DNA of 64,000 bases from Octopus vulgaris. Lineage: Eukaryota. The notes under the pieces are model-generated. The model was not told the DNA's origin. It searched no databases and saw nothing but the letters and a program-made list of their open reading frames with translations. Positions 25,561 through 39,436 of this stretch are shown here, piece after piece (within the stretch, counting starts at the first letter, position 1; each line of letters starts with the position of its first letter). The DNA lies in NCBI GenBank assembly GCA_951406725.2, contig OX597814.1:68882001-68946000 (forward strand), in the 5' to 3' direction. The position numbers and the translations under genes were made by a program.

Positions 25561-28500
25561 CTATGTTTGACTTTTGCTTTATATTTGTACAAGTTGGCTC
25601 CAAGTCTCACCCAGAGACCTCAAGAGACAACAGGGTTGGAAGTTCATGTTGTTGTTTTGCCTAGTGTGCCATATATTGGGGGGTGGGGATGTTCTACTAA
25701 TGAATGTCTAAAAAAAAATTTTTTTTTTTTTTTTTTAAACCGAAAATTATGTTTGTTTTAAACCTTGAGATTACATAGAAAGTATTTTGCGTAGGATATG
25801 AGCAGTTCCCATGAGCACTATCTTTTGAATTTCTGCCATTTTTGGGTTTCCTGGTATCTGAGTTAGGTAGCTATCTGCCCCTTTTGCTATCATTCCCAGG
25901 GCACCTATGACAACAGGTATTGTTTTAGTCTTCAGCTTCCACATTTTGCTGATTTCTATTTCAAGATCTTTATATTTGCTCAGTTTTTGGTAGGTCTTGA
26001 CAGATACGTTTATATCGATTGGGACAGTCATATCAATGAGGAGGTATGTTCTTTGTTTGAAGTCTTTCAATATGATGTCTGGCCTATTTGCATCTATCTT
26101 TCTGTCAGTTTGAATGGCGAAGTTCCAGAGGAGTGAGATGTGGTCATTTTCAAGCACTGGGGGTGGTTTGTGTTCCCACCAGTTTTTTTCATGGGGCAAA
26201 TCCAGGTTTTTACAGATTACCCAGTGAATATATTGTGCAGCTCTATCGTGCCTGTTGAGATACTCTGTAGGCGCTAGAAGACTGCACTTGGAGACCACAT
26301 GGTCAATGGTTTCATTTTGTTGCTTGCATACACGACACGTTGGACTGCTTCTGATCTTTAATATGTTGGCCTGGTAGTTTCTTGTTGGTAGGCATTGATC
26401 TTGAGCTGCTATGATACACCCCTCTGTTTCAGATTTTAAGCCAGAGGCCATTAGCCATTGATGGGTCAGGGCTTTGTCAACATCTGCATTATTTGCTCTC
26501 TTTGGGTATTTGCCATAGAGAGGTTTTTCTTTCCATTTATCATTCAGAATATCTAAGGCCGCAGATTTAGCACGGGTTTTCATGCGCTTAGCTTTTTCTG
26601 TGCCTGTTTCTTGTATGTCTATCTCTAATTCCGAAATTTGTTGTATTCGGAATTCACTTAGATATTCCTTTGCCTGTTTTGTTACTGAGTATGATGCTTT
26701 CTTGTTTTCATGTTTTGAGACAAGTTTTAACATCCACTCCTCAGAGTTTTTCAGGTAGGTATCTAGGCCAATTGTAGCAATCTTCATTGTTATTGCCAGT
26801 TGTAAAAGTCCACGGCCTCCCTCTTTTCTTGGCAGATAAAGTCGTTCTGTATCTGCCTTAGGGTGGTGCATTCTATGCATTGTCAACAGTTTTCGTATTT
26901 TTCTGTCAAGATTACATATTTCAGTAATTGACCAGTTAACGATACTGAAACTGTAAGTCACGACTGGTATGGCTAATGCATTGATCGCTTCGATCCTGTT
27001 TCTCGCATTCAGCTCTGTCTTGAGTATTGCTCTTACTCTGCGATAGCATTTTCTCCTGATCCTTTCCTTCATCTCTGAATGCCTTATTCCTTCTCCTTCA
27101 ATTACCCCTAGATACTTGTAGTTCTCTGCTGGGTCTAATTCTTTTATGACATTCTGCTGGTCAAGGTTAACGTTAGATGTTTCTGTCATTTTTCCTTTGA
27201 TAAAGGTAGCTTTTGCGCATTTATCGAGGCCAAATTGCATTCTGATGTCATCACTGAATTGTTTGACAATCGCTAGTAAGCCCTTGAGTTGTTGGTCATT
27301 TTTTGCAAAGAGCTTTAAATCATCCATGTAAATGAGATGATTTATATTTTTATCAAACATTTTATATCCGTACTGCGCATCATTGAGCAGTTTTGAGAGA
27401 GGTATTAAGGCTAAACTGAAGAGGAGCGGTGATAGTGAGTCACCCTGGAAAATGCCACATGAAATTTTTACATCACCAGCATTTAGAGATTCATTGTCAC
27501 TGTTCAAAGTTAGTGTGGTTCTCCATGATCTCATACTTACAGACAAAAAGTTTCGCAGAGCAGGTGCTATCTTATACATTTCTAGGCATTTATTAATCCA
27601 GCTATGTGGTAGGCTATCAAAAGCCTTTTTATAGTCTATCCAGGCTATTGATAAGTTTTTGTGTCGTTTGTGACAATCTTCTAAGATCATCTTATTGATG
27701 AGTAGTTGATCTTTACAACCGTAGGATCCACGTTTACATCCTTTCTGTTCATTAGGGAATATGCTGCTGTCTGTCAAAAAACTATAGGTATATTCCGTCA
27801 GGACAGATGTTAGTGTTTTATACATAGTTGTTAAGCAGGTTATGGGTCTATAGTTTTTGGGTTCATTTGTTTCTTCACTTTTTGGAAGCAGGAATGTTAA
27901 CCCATTAACTAGCCAAGGAGGCATCCTACTAGGGTGTTGCAAAACATCATTGTAAAGTTCTGCTAGCAGTTCATGGCTCTCTGGGAAGGCATTCAACCAA
28001 AAGTTAGGGATTTTATCCTTTCCTGGAGACTTCCATTTGCTTGACCTCCTGAGAGCAGATCTTATATCTTCTACCTTGACACCCTCCCACTTTTGCTCTT
28101 CTAAGGAGTCCAGTTCTTTAGATATTCTATCAATCCAGAGGGCCTTTTCGCTGTGTGTTTTTTCTTCTGCCCAAATTTTATTCCAAAATCCCTGCACTTC
28201 TTCTTTTGATGGTACAGACTTTACAGTAACTGTTGTTTTTCCTATCTTCCGCTAAAAATGTTTGGGGTTATTTTTGAACATGTTGTTGTCCCTGTAGAAT
28301 CTAATACGCTTTTCATACCTCGCTATGCGGGCAGCTTTAGCAGATACCTTTTGCTTGATGGTTTCTATGGTGGCATCAATATCAAGTATAGTTTTCATAT
28401 TATATTTTTTCATTAGTTTTTGGGTTTTTGCAGGTTTGGTAGTCTTATGAACCTTAAGGTTTTTCAAATATTCAATGTCAGATCTAAATAGTTTAATTTG

Positions 28501-30479
28501 TTGTTGTAAACGCTCTTGCCAAGAAGGCTTTTTGTGGAAATGTTGCCGTTTTCTAATCTTTTCACCACATAGGATCGTTGAGATTTTCGCGGATGCATAG
28601 TATAGGTGGTTGAGATCTGTGATATCAACATCATTAGCTGAAATTATATCCTTAAGTGCAAGCCGGATTTTACCAATTATTTTCATGTTTTGGTTAGATT
28701 TGCGTATTTTAGGGAGTGTATCACGTTCATCCATACTGGTTTCTTTAATTTTCATCCATTCAATCATGATTTGACTTTTTAGCTCATGTAGTTCTGTCGG
28801 GTCAATATTTGTGTGACTTTCTTCATCTATTTGATGTTCATCTGTCTTAGCGTTTATATTTGGTTCAGGGAGTATTTCACTTTGCCTATCACTTATACTA
28901 ACTCTTTCAATCCTTACTTCGTTTGTATTAGCTCTGAGCTGGTCTATAATTATTTCCTCTGTATTATCTTCTTTAGCTGCAGCTTCGTTCATTCTATCCG
29001 TTACTGCTTGTCTAATTTGATCAATCTCTACTTCAGTCAGTAATTTTTTTTTTATAATGTTTCTTCTGGCGTTGGCAAGTTTGTTACTGTCTATGTAGGG
29101 TCTTACTTCAGGGTGTTTCTGTCTCCAGTTTATGTAGGTTTGTATAGTGTTCGATTTATCTGTGGGGAAATATATGGCATGATAGAAGGCTGCAAGAACT
29201 TCTTTATTATCTTCCTTAGTCCATTTTTCCTTCTTTTTCTTTTGAGTGTTTGGTGACGAGCATGGATGGCCATCTGTTGGAATATTCCAGTTGCGGGGTA
29301 CGTCCAGCTCCTGTGTGTCGGGAAGATTTGATCCAGTAGCTGATTTTTCAATCAGACTTTGGTTCAATTTTCGGGTACGTGGTCTTTTGTAATCCGCGCA
29401 ATGACAAATGCGGTTTATTGTTTGATTTGTTGACCTTGAAGCATGACGAGCTTCGACTCTTACATTAAGAGACGGATCTGTCAGTTTAGGATTTTCTGCA
29501 CGTAAACATTGTTCGTAGCGTAGTTTCCTAAGGCTAGCAGATCTGTATTCGTCTGTATTTTTTTTTGTTGATAGTTTTATCTCCGGGCATAGTTTTCCCT
29601 TCTTTTTATTTATTTATTCATTTATTTCTTTAAACTTATGAAAGGTTCACTCTCGCTGTATTAGTTCGAAAAAATGAGAATAAAATACGAGAAAAAAAAA
29701 TAATGATAATAAACAAATATAAAATAAGAATTATCATCATCACTGTCATCACTGTCATCATCATCATCATCATCAATGACATTGTTTTATGTGTAGTCAC
29801 AGCGGTAGCTTATTATTATTATTATTCTCACTATCACCATCACCACGGTAGAGTGGTCATGTTCTATAAATAGATTCATCAGATGGTGGACAAAGGACAT
29901 TTTGGGTCAGGAAAAGGTCAAACCTGTTTACTAGTACCAGCGTTATCTTGAAAAGCAATCCAGCTATATATATATACCTATACACATATGTATATATATA
30001 TGTATATTCACATACGCATATTTTCTGTAATTTCTGAGTTCAATTGTGTTTGGAAAAAAAAAAAAAAAAAAGATTTTTGCAAAGGGAAGAATGTTTACAT
30101 TTTCGAATGCTCAGAAAATTTTTCTTTTCTTTTTAAAAGTTTAAAAGTTATGCTGTGGTTTACAGTTTTTGTAGTTGTGCAGTGTATATATATTGGTATA
30201 CGCTTACTTCCATAGTTTTTTTATCGTGCATTTAATTGTGTTGTTACAATAAAAGGCAAAGAAGGGACGGCAGACTGTTCACACAAAATTGGAGATATTT
30301 ATGATTCTAAATTCTTTGTTATATGTTCGCTTGTATGTGCAAAGCTGTAGATATATAAGTTCCTTAGCTTACTTTGAGGGAAATTCAAATAACTCACAGA
30401 AAACAGTAGATCTTCCAGTTTTTCCGTTGTCACGCTGGGTTGGTCAGAGCAGCGAAAAACACGTCCAGCCGCCTTCCTC

Positions 30480-30480
<1 letters not shown>
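25561..30480 (-). mobile_element. Dong/R4-clade non-LTR retrotransposon in (TAA)n, nearly intact (5' boundary uncertain, between 29.6 and 30.48 kb)
   Basis: RT plus CCHC plus restriction-like endonuclease. The 3' end abuts (TAA)n at 25540-25560; (TAA)n also occurs at 29810 and 30481. Confidence 0.9.
25771..29367 (-). CDS. R4/Dong polyprotein (RT-ZnF-RLE), split by one frameshift near 28250
   Basis: NYRPITCL, QKGC, WIDYKKAFDS, GIFQGDSLSP, YMDDLKL, CRVC...ETIDHVVSKC, RHD, RPDII, IDMTVP, KLSKY. Two open frames of 371 and 808 aa. Confidence 0.92.
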
Positions 30481-30529
<49 letters not shown>

Positions 30530-31085
30530 GAGTGAGAGAGCAGTGCATGCCATCAAAGTGACACTGGGGTAAAATATACGAAGCCCAATATACCCATCAT
30601 GACTACCCGTCTGATAAAGGTACACCAGGCACATGCATCACAACCATATGTGCGCGACATGGTGATCTCATATCAAGATAAACAGCACATGACCTTGACG
30701 TGTTTGATTATTCTTGATAAACTTCGTGATAATTTTTTTTTAGCATTTTTTGCCTTGTCTTATTTTCCTTATACATATCAACTCGTGTGTTCCTTTTCAA
30801 TCTTCTACATTTAAAGTTAAGAATTTACAAAATTTCAGTTAGATTATTTACTTATTTATGTAAGCATCTTTGTAAAGATTTAGAAATTATAAATATTTGC
30901 ATTTGATATTTTTTGACGAACATAGGTACGAACATACTTTAACGTGTTTGATTATTCTTGATAAACTTCGTATTATTAATGAAGCTGAAAAAAGTGTAAT
31001 TTATGAGATGTGTCATTAGTATAGCATATTTAAATTGAATTGAATTTATAATTGTTCAATTTATTGTTTTGTTTTTCCATTTCTG

Positions 31086-31153
<68 letters not shown>

Positions 31154-31489
31154 ATATATATATATATAGTTACAAATTGAAATAGGGGTTGTAAATGCAA
31201 CCCTCCATGGGATAACATATATCCAATATACTGCTAGTGAAGTACCCAACAAAGTTAATACATAAATGTTAATGATTGCGATGCAATCAATTCATTTACT
31301 GTATTATATGGGCAAAGGTAACATGATTTACCACAAATTATGCATAATATATATACATACATATATATATATACATATACATACGTATATATATGTATAT
31401 ATGTATATATATATACACATATATATATATACATATATATATATACATACATACATATATATACATACATATTTTTAAACGTATAGATA

Positions 31490-31526
<37 letters not shown>

Positions 31527-31691
31527 CCTTGTATATATACATATCCTTGTATATATACATATCCTTGTATATATACATATATATATACATATATATATAT
31601 GCATATATATATATAAATAAATATATATACATATATATATGCATATATATACATATATATACATATACACATATATATACATATACACATA

Positions 31692-34242
31692 TGGGGAATT
31701 ACAACCGTGTTTCGTGGTCTGCTACCACAACACCTCCTTTATAGGATCCAGTTAGCTCAAGACATCATCAGGAGAAACCACGTCCGGTTTCGGCCCCTAC
31801 TCCTCTACCGTTTTGACGTGGCGGGGCCCCCCTTTTCGGAGATGTCTGCAGCTCTGGTGTTGGGTGCATGTTTTCTTTCTTCTTCTTCCTTCTGTTCCCT
31901 GGCCTCTTCGATGTATCGTCAGCGAGTGTCAGTCCGTGACTGACTGACTTGTCCAAATTTTTCTTTCTTTAAATACCTGCCGCTAGGCTCCAGCAGGCAT
32001 CCCCAGCAAGTTGTCACGTGACACTGTCTCACCTTAACTGACTAGTGAAGGCGCGTAGTCTTAGCGCGCGTATTCTCTAAAGGACCGTCACCTGTCAGTC
32101 AGCCAAGCTGATTCAGTGTCAACTTGTCTCACCTAGTGATGTTATTTTCCGCCAACATGTTTTGACTTTCAAGCCATTTTCGGTCTTCCCGCTTCAGCCA
32201 TATATAGAAGCCGGCTTTTTCGACCGCGTCCTGTACTCTCCTTATTAGTTTTCGGAGCTCGGAGCTAGAAAAAACAAATCTTTTGAAAAGCGTTGTCATT
32301 TTCCTTTCAATGAAGCCTCTAGCCCCCACTACCAAGTGATAATATTCGACATTCCATCCCTGTTCTCTGCATTCTTCGATTAGCTTTTCGTACCTCTTCT
32401 CCTTTCGTTCCTCTGCATTACCGATGTTCTCTTCCCAAGGTACTGTCAGTTCTAGTAAAATTCCTATTCTCCGGACTCTGTTCCATAGGACTAAATCCGG
32501 TCTTTTCGTTGTTTTTATTAGTGGAAATATTACTTGTCTTTCCAAGTCCGTGGCCACCTCCCAGTACCCCTTCCATCTTTCGTCTATCTCGTACACTTTA
32601 CTTGTAGGCCTGGTTTTATATCCTTTTCCCTCCTTGTGGAAGTATACTTTCCTGCGCTTTTCTACTTTTGGGTACTCTCCCCTATTGTATCTCTCGATCT
32701 TCTCCTTGAGTGCTGCGCTTATGACGCCGATGACTTGATTATGCCGCCATGTATATTTTTCTAGGGCTAGTCTGTAATTTGACAGAACATGTCTAACCGT
32801 CGCTTTCTCTCCGCATGTACACTCGTCGGTTGTTTTTATGTTCCACCGGACTAAGTTCGCCGGTGAGGGTAGAACGTCGAAGGTAGACTTGATCAGGAAG
32901 GATGTTCTTGTTTGTTCCCAAGCCCAAAGTTCCTTCCATGATATTCTGCGGCTGATCACATATTCCTCCCATCTTAGACACTGTCCCTGTTGACTGCATT
33001 GCACCAAATGTACATTTCGCCTTTCTTCTTCCTCCTTTCTCACTTCATATACTACTGCCTCTTTCATCTCTTTTATACTGCTCTTGCAAAATGGCCTGAA
33101 ATTTTGCGACCCTAGGCCGGCTCTTGCTTCTTGCGACGTTCCGACTATACCTGCCTGCCTTAGTTTTCCGATCGCCCTGTTTACTGCCGTTTCCACCTTT
33201 CATTTCCTCCCTGTTCGTACCTTTGGAGGGTTTTCGCGGATGCTCTGATCTTATGAATACCTTAGCATCATTAGTGCCCTTGCCTTTCCTGCCTTATATT
33301 CTTCGGCGATTGATGTTATTGGTAGTTGCAGCACGGGTTTTCCATATAGTGCAGTTGTATTCAGCGGTTTCGGCAGACCAAGCCATTTTCTGATAAACAC
33401 ACTGCATCTTTGTTCCATCCTTTCTGCTCTACTCAAGGCTATTTCGTACATTTCCAATGGCCACATTATTCTTGGGTACAGCCCAAATTGCAGTATCCAA
33501 CATTTGAATTTTCCCGGCAGCTTTGTTCTGTCAATTGCCTTTAATCCTTGTTCTACTAACTTGTGTGTTTCTTTCCTTTGCTTCTTATCATTTAATAAAT
33601 CTCTATACCATCTGCCTAGACTCTTTACTGGTTGTTCTTTCACCGTTGGTATGTCTTCACCTCCTATCCTGAATTTCACTTCTTTTTGCCCTCCTTTCAC
33701 AAAAGCCACGCTTCGAGATTTTTTGGCTTTGAATTTCATTCTTGCCTATCCTATCAGTTCGTCCAACCGCTCTAACGTTCCTTCTGCTGCTTCTCTACTT
33801 TCCGATAATATAGTTATGTCGTCCATAAAAGCCCTTAATGGTGTCTTTGTAACAGCTTTCTCACAGTTTGTAGATCTAAGTAACATTTCCATGACTAGCA
33901 CGAATAAGATGACAGATATCGTGCATCCGGCTGCAATACCTATTTTAAGCCGTTGCCACTCCGTTGTGAACTTTCCTGCTGTAAATCTCATCCTCAGGTT
34001 GTCGTAGTACGACATGAGCATTCTTTGAACATCTTTTGGAATCCTAAAGAAGTCCATCGCTATTTTTATTATTGCGTGCGGAACAGATCCATAAGCATTG
34101 GCAAGATCTAGCCAAACAATATTTAGGTTTTCCTTCATTTGTTTTGCACAGGTGATGGCTTCCCAGATGGCAAATGCGTGTTCTATGCACCCAGGGATTC
34201 CGGGGATTCCTGCTTTTTGGATTACTTCATTAGCGTACACGT
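31692..34242 (-). mobile_element. HERO-like RLE non-LTR retrotransposon, 5'-truncated, with stops and frameshifts
   Basis: GCIEH, WLDLANAYGSVPH, GIAAGCTIS, FMDD, LPSPANLVRW, YTWRHNQV, RPDLVLW, ELTVPWEE, K..RY. About 430 nt of 3' UTR; (TA)n on both sides. Confidence 0.88.
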
Positions 34243-34356
34243 TATATATATATATATACCGGAGTAAACACATAAATGTGAAACAAGGTGGAAAAAAGAG
34301 TACTCAAATACCAGTGGTAGAGTAATATGCTTTATTTTAAGCAGCAGAAAATTCAA

Positions 34357-34406
34357 CAAAATCTGTTACTCTGAGTTTCTCGTTGCCGTTCATCAGACAG
34401 TTTTTG
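34357..34406 (-). ncRNA. Minimal type I hammerhead motif
   Basis: Reverse complement of 35274-35323. Confidence 0.65.
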
Positions 34407-35273
34407 CTAGAATGGAACATATATATTAATTCAATCTATACTCTTACAAACGCTACACCTTTAAAAAGAAATGGACTTGTTTGATTGGCCCTTTAGAAAA
34501 AACGGTCAATCTTCGAGCGATAAACAAAAAGGTCCAAAATATATGTATATAAATATAAAAAAAACTTATAAAAATTATAAAATCCGAGGAAAAAACCGAG
34601 GAAAAAACCTATTGCCGTTAATGAAGACAGTACAAATTAATGTATAGAAATTAAACCTGTTATAAATACTGCAATACATATTTATATTAAAATCCACATA
34701 TATATATCAACATACACAAAAGGATGCGCGTAAACGCCATACATACATATACAGACGTATGAATATGAATCTAAATTATACACATAAAAGCATGTGTACA
34801 TATATTCACGCAAACCGTCTCGCACGCAAGCTAAAATTCATCTATGTAGCAATTCTCATATACTGAGCAAGGAGGGGGAACGAAAGAAAGGGAAAGAGAG
34901 AAAAAGGAACGAAGGAGGGGTGGGGAAAAAAACTTGTAGCGATATTATTGGCGTCTATAGAGGCCAGTATACATACACAAGTTTGAATTGATACATATAC
35001 ATACCGTCGTGTGTATGCGTGCTTAAGCACAAGCATACTTTCACTTACACATACACAGATACGCATGCAATAGGTTTTTTCCTCGGTTTTTTCCTCGGAT
35101 TTTATAATTTTTATAAGTTTTTTATATTTATATACATATATTTTTGACCTTTTTGTTTATCGCTCGAAGATTGACCGTTTTTTCTAAAGGGCCAATCAAA
35201 CAAGTCCATTTCTTTTTAAAGGTGTAGCGTTTGTAAGAGTATAGATTGAATTAATATATATGTTCCATTGTAG

Positions 35274-35323
35274 CAAAAACTGTCTGATGAACGGCAACGA
35301 GAAACTCAGAGTAACAGATTTTG
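35274..35323 (+). ncRNA. Minimal type I hammerhead motif
   Basis: CAAAAACUGU-CUGAUGA-A-CG-GCAA-CG-A-GAAA-CUCAGAG-UA/ACAGAUUUUG. Stem II is only 2 bp with a GNRA loop; GUA triplet. Confidence 0.65.
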
Positions 35324-35517
35324 TTGAATTTTCTGCTGCTTAAAATAAAGTATATATATATATATATATATAAAGATATATATAGGTATATATATATACA
35401 TATATATAGGTATATATACATATGCATATATATATATACATATATATATAGATATAAAGGTATATATATACATATATACATATGCATATATATATATATA
35501 TATACATACATATATAT

Positions 35518-35548
<31 letters not shown>

Positions 35549-35583
35549 CATTAATATATTATATGTACACATATATATATATA

Positions 35584-35638
<55 letters not shown>

Positions 35639-36129
35639 ATGTCTTACCTCGACAACTGTTTCGAGAAGTCCGATTTATGTAATAACCATAATTCACATGT
35701 GATATGCGCACAATGTCATAGGTGTGTAACCAGCGATGAGTCCAGATGACGTTATTACAGCCTTCATTTTGGACTTGTTGCTAGTTACTTACCTATGATG
35801 TTATGCTCATATCACCTATAAATTATGATTACCACATAACTCTGGGACCCTTGTAACTGCTGTCGAGATAAGACATTACATAATTTTTCTATATACATAT
35901 TCCTTTTTAATCTAAAATCTGTAATTTGTGTTACATGTCAATATATGTATCAATCCTGTGTTTATCTTCCTTCCCAACTACGCGCGCGTGCGTGTGTGTT
36001 TGTATGTGGTCAATGGATCATATATCCGAAAAGGAAGCACACTCTAAAAGTTAGTACATTAGTATATTTACATGAAGTTAAATATATGTCTGATCACAGA
36101 GTGACCAATTGTTTTGCATCCATAAAGCG

Positions 36130-37200
36130 CTTAGCTTTATAGACAAATCGTTAGGCTCCAATGACCGTGGGAACATACTGGAGGTAGCAAACCGTTACGA
36201 TCAGTTAATTTGTAAGCAAAGGAATAATATAAACATTCTGATACACGAGTAATCTCCCTTAGACTTATCCGGGTGGCAAATCTTATGGAGCTAAAGAAGG
36301 AATAGGGAAACTCCGCCTTTAGACTGGTTCTGGTCTGCAAGTACATTTTACAGCCCTAATCGACAAACAGGAGATGCCACGCCTGCAGCAGGTAGCGTTT
36401 GAAATGGGGGTAGGGATATAGATCTCGTGTCTCGAATTTAAGAGAAATCCCAAATCCAGCAAGTCTTTAAGGATCCTTGCCCGCTCTGCAAAGCTTGCAT
36501 TGTCTGCTCCTGTTTATATAGGGCCCCAGCTGCTCTATGATCCTCCATTTAACTTCGTAATTTCCTTCATCCTTAAGGTGCCACACATGGCTGGTCAGGG
36601 ACGTGACGTAACGTCTTTCTGGAACCCTAAAAGAGGACGTGTGGTTATACAGGCAATGCTTAAAGGCAGTTCCTGTCGACCCGATGTATCTCTGAGCTTG
36701 AGTGTTGGTTGTATTTTCGCTTCTGGGCTTACAGTTGTTGTTGTTGCTACTGCTGTTGTTGGTGTTGTCATTGATACTGTTATTACAGGATGTTGGTTCA
36801 GCGATATTGCTGTAGTCGCTGCTGTTGCAGTAGTTATCCACAGCTGTAGTGGTCTTACTGTTGCAGTCGGTGTTGTGGCTGCCGTCACTGTTAATTCTGG
36901 GCATGTGACTGGTAGCTCCACTGGTGCTGCTAGTACTGGAGTGGTCATCATCTCTGGCCGTAACGCTGGTGCAGGTGCTGCAGTCGTTGCTGTCAGTACT
37001 GGTGTTTCTTCCACTTAATGTGTTGCTGCCGCTGCCGCCTCCACTGTTGCCATTGTTTTTATCAGCGTTGTTGAATGAGCTGCTGCTGCTATTACACTGA
37101 TTGTCAGGGTTGGATACCACCACGAATACGACACCTTCGACCTCACATTGTCCCTCCCCCACTGGGCAGTTATTTATTCCCTGCATGAGCAAACAGCTGC
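36130..37200 (-). mobile_element. Penelope-like element 3' fragment (GIY-YIG endonuclease)
   Basis: CPVGEGQCEVEGVVF...RYIGSTGTAFK..LYNH..SF...SLTSHVWHLK...VKWRII...Y...RQCKLC. Confidence 0.85.
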
Positions 37201-38481
37201 TGTTCCAACTTTCACATTCACACACACTCACAGATGCACACATGTATGTATATATAAGTTTGGTAGAGCAAAAAGAAGAAATAGAACTCAGTAGATGAAT
37301 ATATGTAATCTTTATTGTTACCACTCAGCCTATTAAAAATAATAAAGTAGAAAGTAAAAAAGTGGATTCAGAGAATAAAGCAGAACTTCCAGTAAGCGCT
37401 TCCTCGTGGAATTAGCTATCGGTTTCCATAGTAATTAAACTACGATGTAGTTTAACTTGTCTATGCAACCAAAATTCCATGATATACAAATAGTAAATAT
37501 TTCCATGAGGAGTAAATAATAATCATAAAATAAAATCATGAGGTATGAGAAGTAAATACAAACTAATTATTTCCAAATGATTTCCATACCAGCTGTTTCA
37601 TAATCTTCCCCTTATAGCTTTACTTATTTCAACATTTCAAATTATATGCATCCATTTAACATCTATATGCATATTTAGCATTATATAATACAATGGCATA
37701 TTCACATAGAGATGTATAATAAAGAAAACTAACTCATCTAATCATATAAACAGAAACATCATGGAGCTATTCAGGATCCAACTTCATTACACAAACAAAA
37801 TCCACTCTGTTTATATACAATGTATAGAAGCCCAAAAATGGAAATAGATATTATAGCTCAATTTGTAAAGGAAATATGTATATAATTCGGAATGTTGAAA
37901 TTAGTATAACCACATATGGAAGATTATGAAACAGCTGCAATCATATGGAAATCATATGGAAATAATTAACCTGCCTTCATCTCTCATATCTCTTGATTTT
38001 ATGTTATGATTATACAAACACACACACACACACACACGTGTGTGTGTGTGAGTGTAAGTATGTGTGTATATATATTTTACAGGCTTCTGCACTATTTCCA
38101 TCTCCTTATTCAACAAAGTTAGCAGTTAAATCTTTGGTGACCATAGAGATCAAACCCAGCACCAAAAAAAAAAAAAAACTTCTTAACCACAAACTTGTTT
38201 TTATACCTTTATATGTCTAGCTATGAAAAGCTGTGTTTTTTTCTCAATCTTCAAAACATCCTTATTTCTAAACATTTGATATTGCATGTGTAAATGACTG
38301 TTGTTTTCCATTTTAAATTAACAGGAAAAAAACTAAACTACAACTACAAATTTCACAATAATCTCTGAAACCACAAACAATCCCAAAACATATTCATCTA
38401 ACATTGTCGACACAATGGTTATCTAAACACACAAACAAGCACACATTTAGGTATGTGTGTGTACACATGCATGTACATACA

Positions 38482-38647
38482 TATTAAATAGTGCAATACA
38501 GTAGTATTGCTTCCCAGTAAAACAAAGCACCATCGGGTTAAGTAAATATTGGTGCATTGTTGTACCACTATCCTATATATTTATACTTTAACCTGATGGT
38601 GCTTTGTTTTACTGGGAAGCAATACTACTGTATTGCACTATTTAATA
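38482..38647. repeat. Near-perfect hairpin (about 65-bp arms, about 30-nt loop)
   Basis: TATTAAATAGTGCAATACAGTAGTATTGCTTCCCAGTAAAACAAAGCACCATC followed by its exact reverse complement. Confidence 0.92.
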
Positions 38648-38804
38648 AGTTTTTCTTTGAAAACTTTTTCACTGTTCTCAGTCTGTTGACGGCTAGGTGT
38701 TCAGATGAGTAAATACTGGCATTGATGTAGCGACATTTGAAATTTTGTCTAGGTGAATCTAGCCAATGAGAACTAATCATATATTTATATATACATACAC
38801 ATAC

Positions 38805-39033
<229 letters not shown>

Positions 39034-39049
39034 CATATATATATTACTC

Positions 39050-39408
39050 TTACTCTTTACTCTTTTACTTGTTTCAGTCATTTGACTGCGGCCATGCTGG
39101 AGCACCACCTTTAATCGAGCAACTCGACCGGGACTTATTCTTTGTAAGCCCAGTACTTATTCTATCGGTCTCTTTTTGCTGAACCGCTAAGTGACGGGGA
39201 CATAAACACACCAGCATCGGTTGTCAAGCAATGCTAGGGGGACAAACACAGACACACAAACACACACACAAACATATATACGACAGACTTCTTTCAGTTT
39301 CTGTCTACCAAATCCACTCACAAGGCTTTGGTCAGCCCAAGGCTATAGTAGAAGACACTTGCCCAAGGTGCCACGCAGTGGGACTGAACCCGGAACCATG
39401 TGGTTGGT
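39050..39408 (-). mobile_element. tRNA-derived SINE (family of 9025-11573), 5' end clipped
   Basis: Reverse complement of the 11200-11570 body. Confidence 0.9.
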
Positions 39409-39436
39409 ATATATACATATATATATATACATATAT

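Larger units (their letters stand above)
34330..35350. mobile_element. Non-coding fold-back cassette: about 285-bp near-identical inverted arms (34330-34615, 35067-35350), each with a hammerhead motif
   Basis: The arms are reverse complements with very few differences around a spacer of about 450 bp; embedded in (TA)n. Confidence 0.88.

Noticed and set aside
30380-30480. GC-rich putative 5' end of the Dong element as an HDV-like ribozyme
   Set aside because: I could not assemble the nested double pseudoknot by eye. An Infernal or RNArobo search would be needed.
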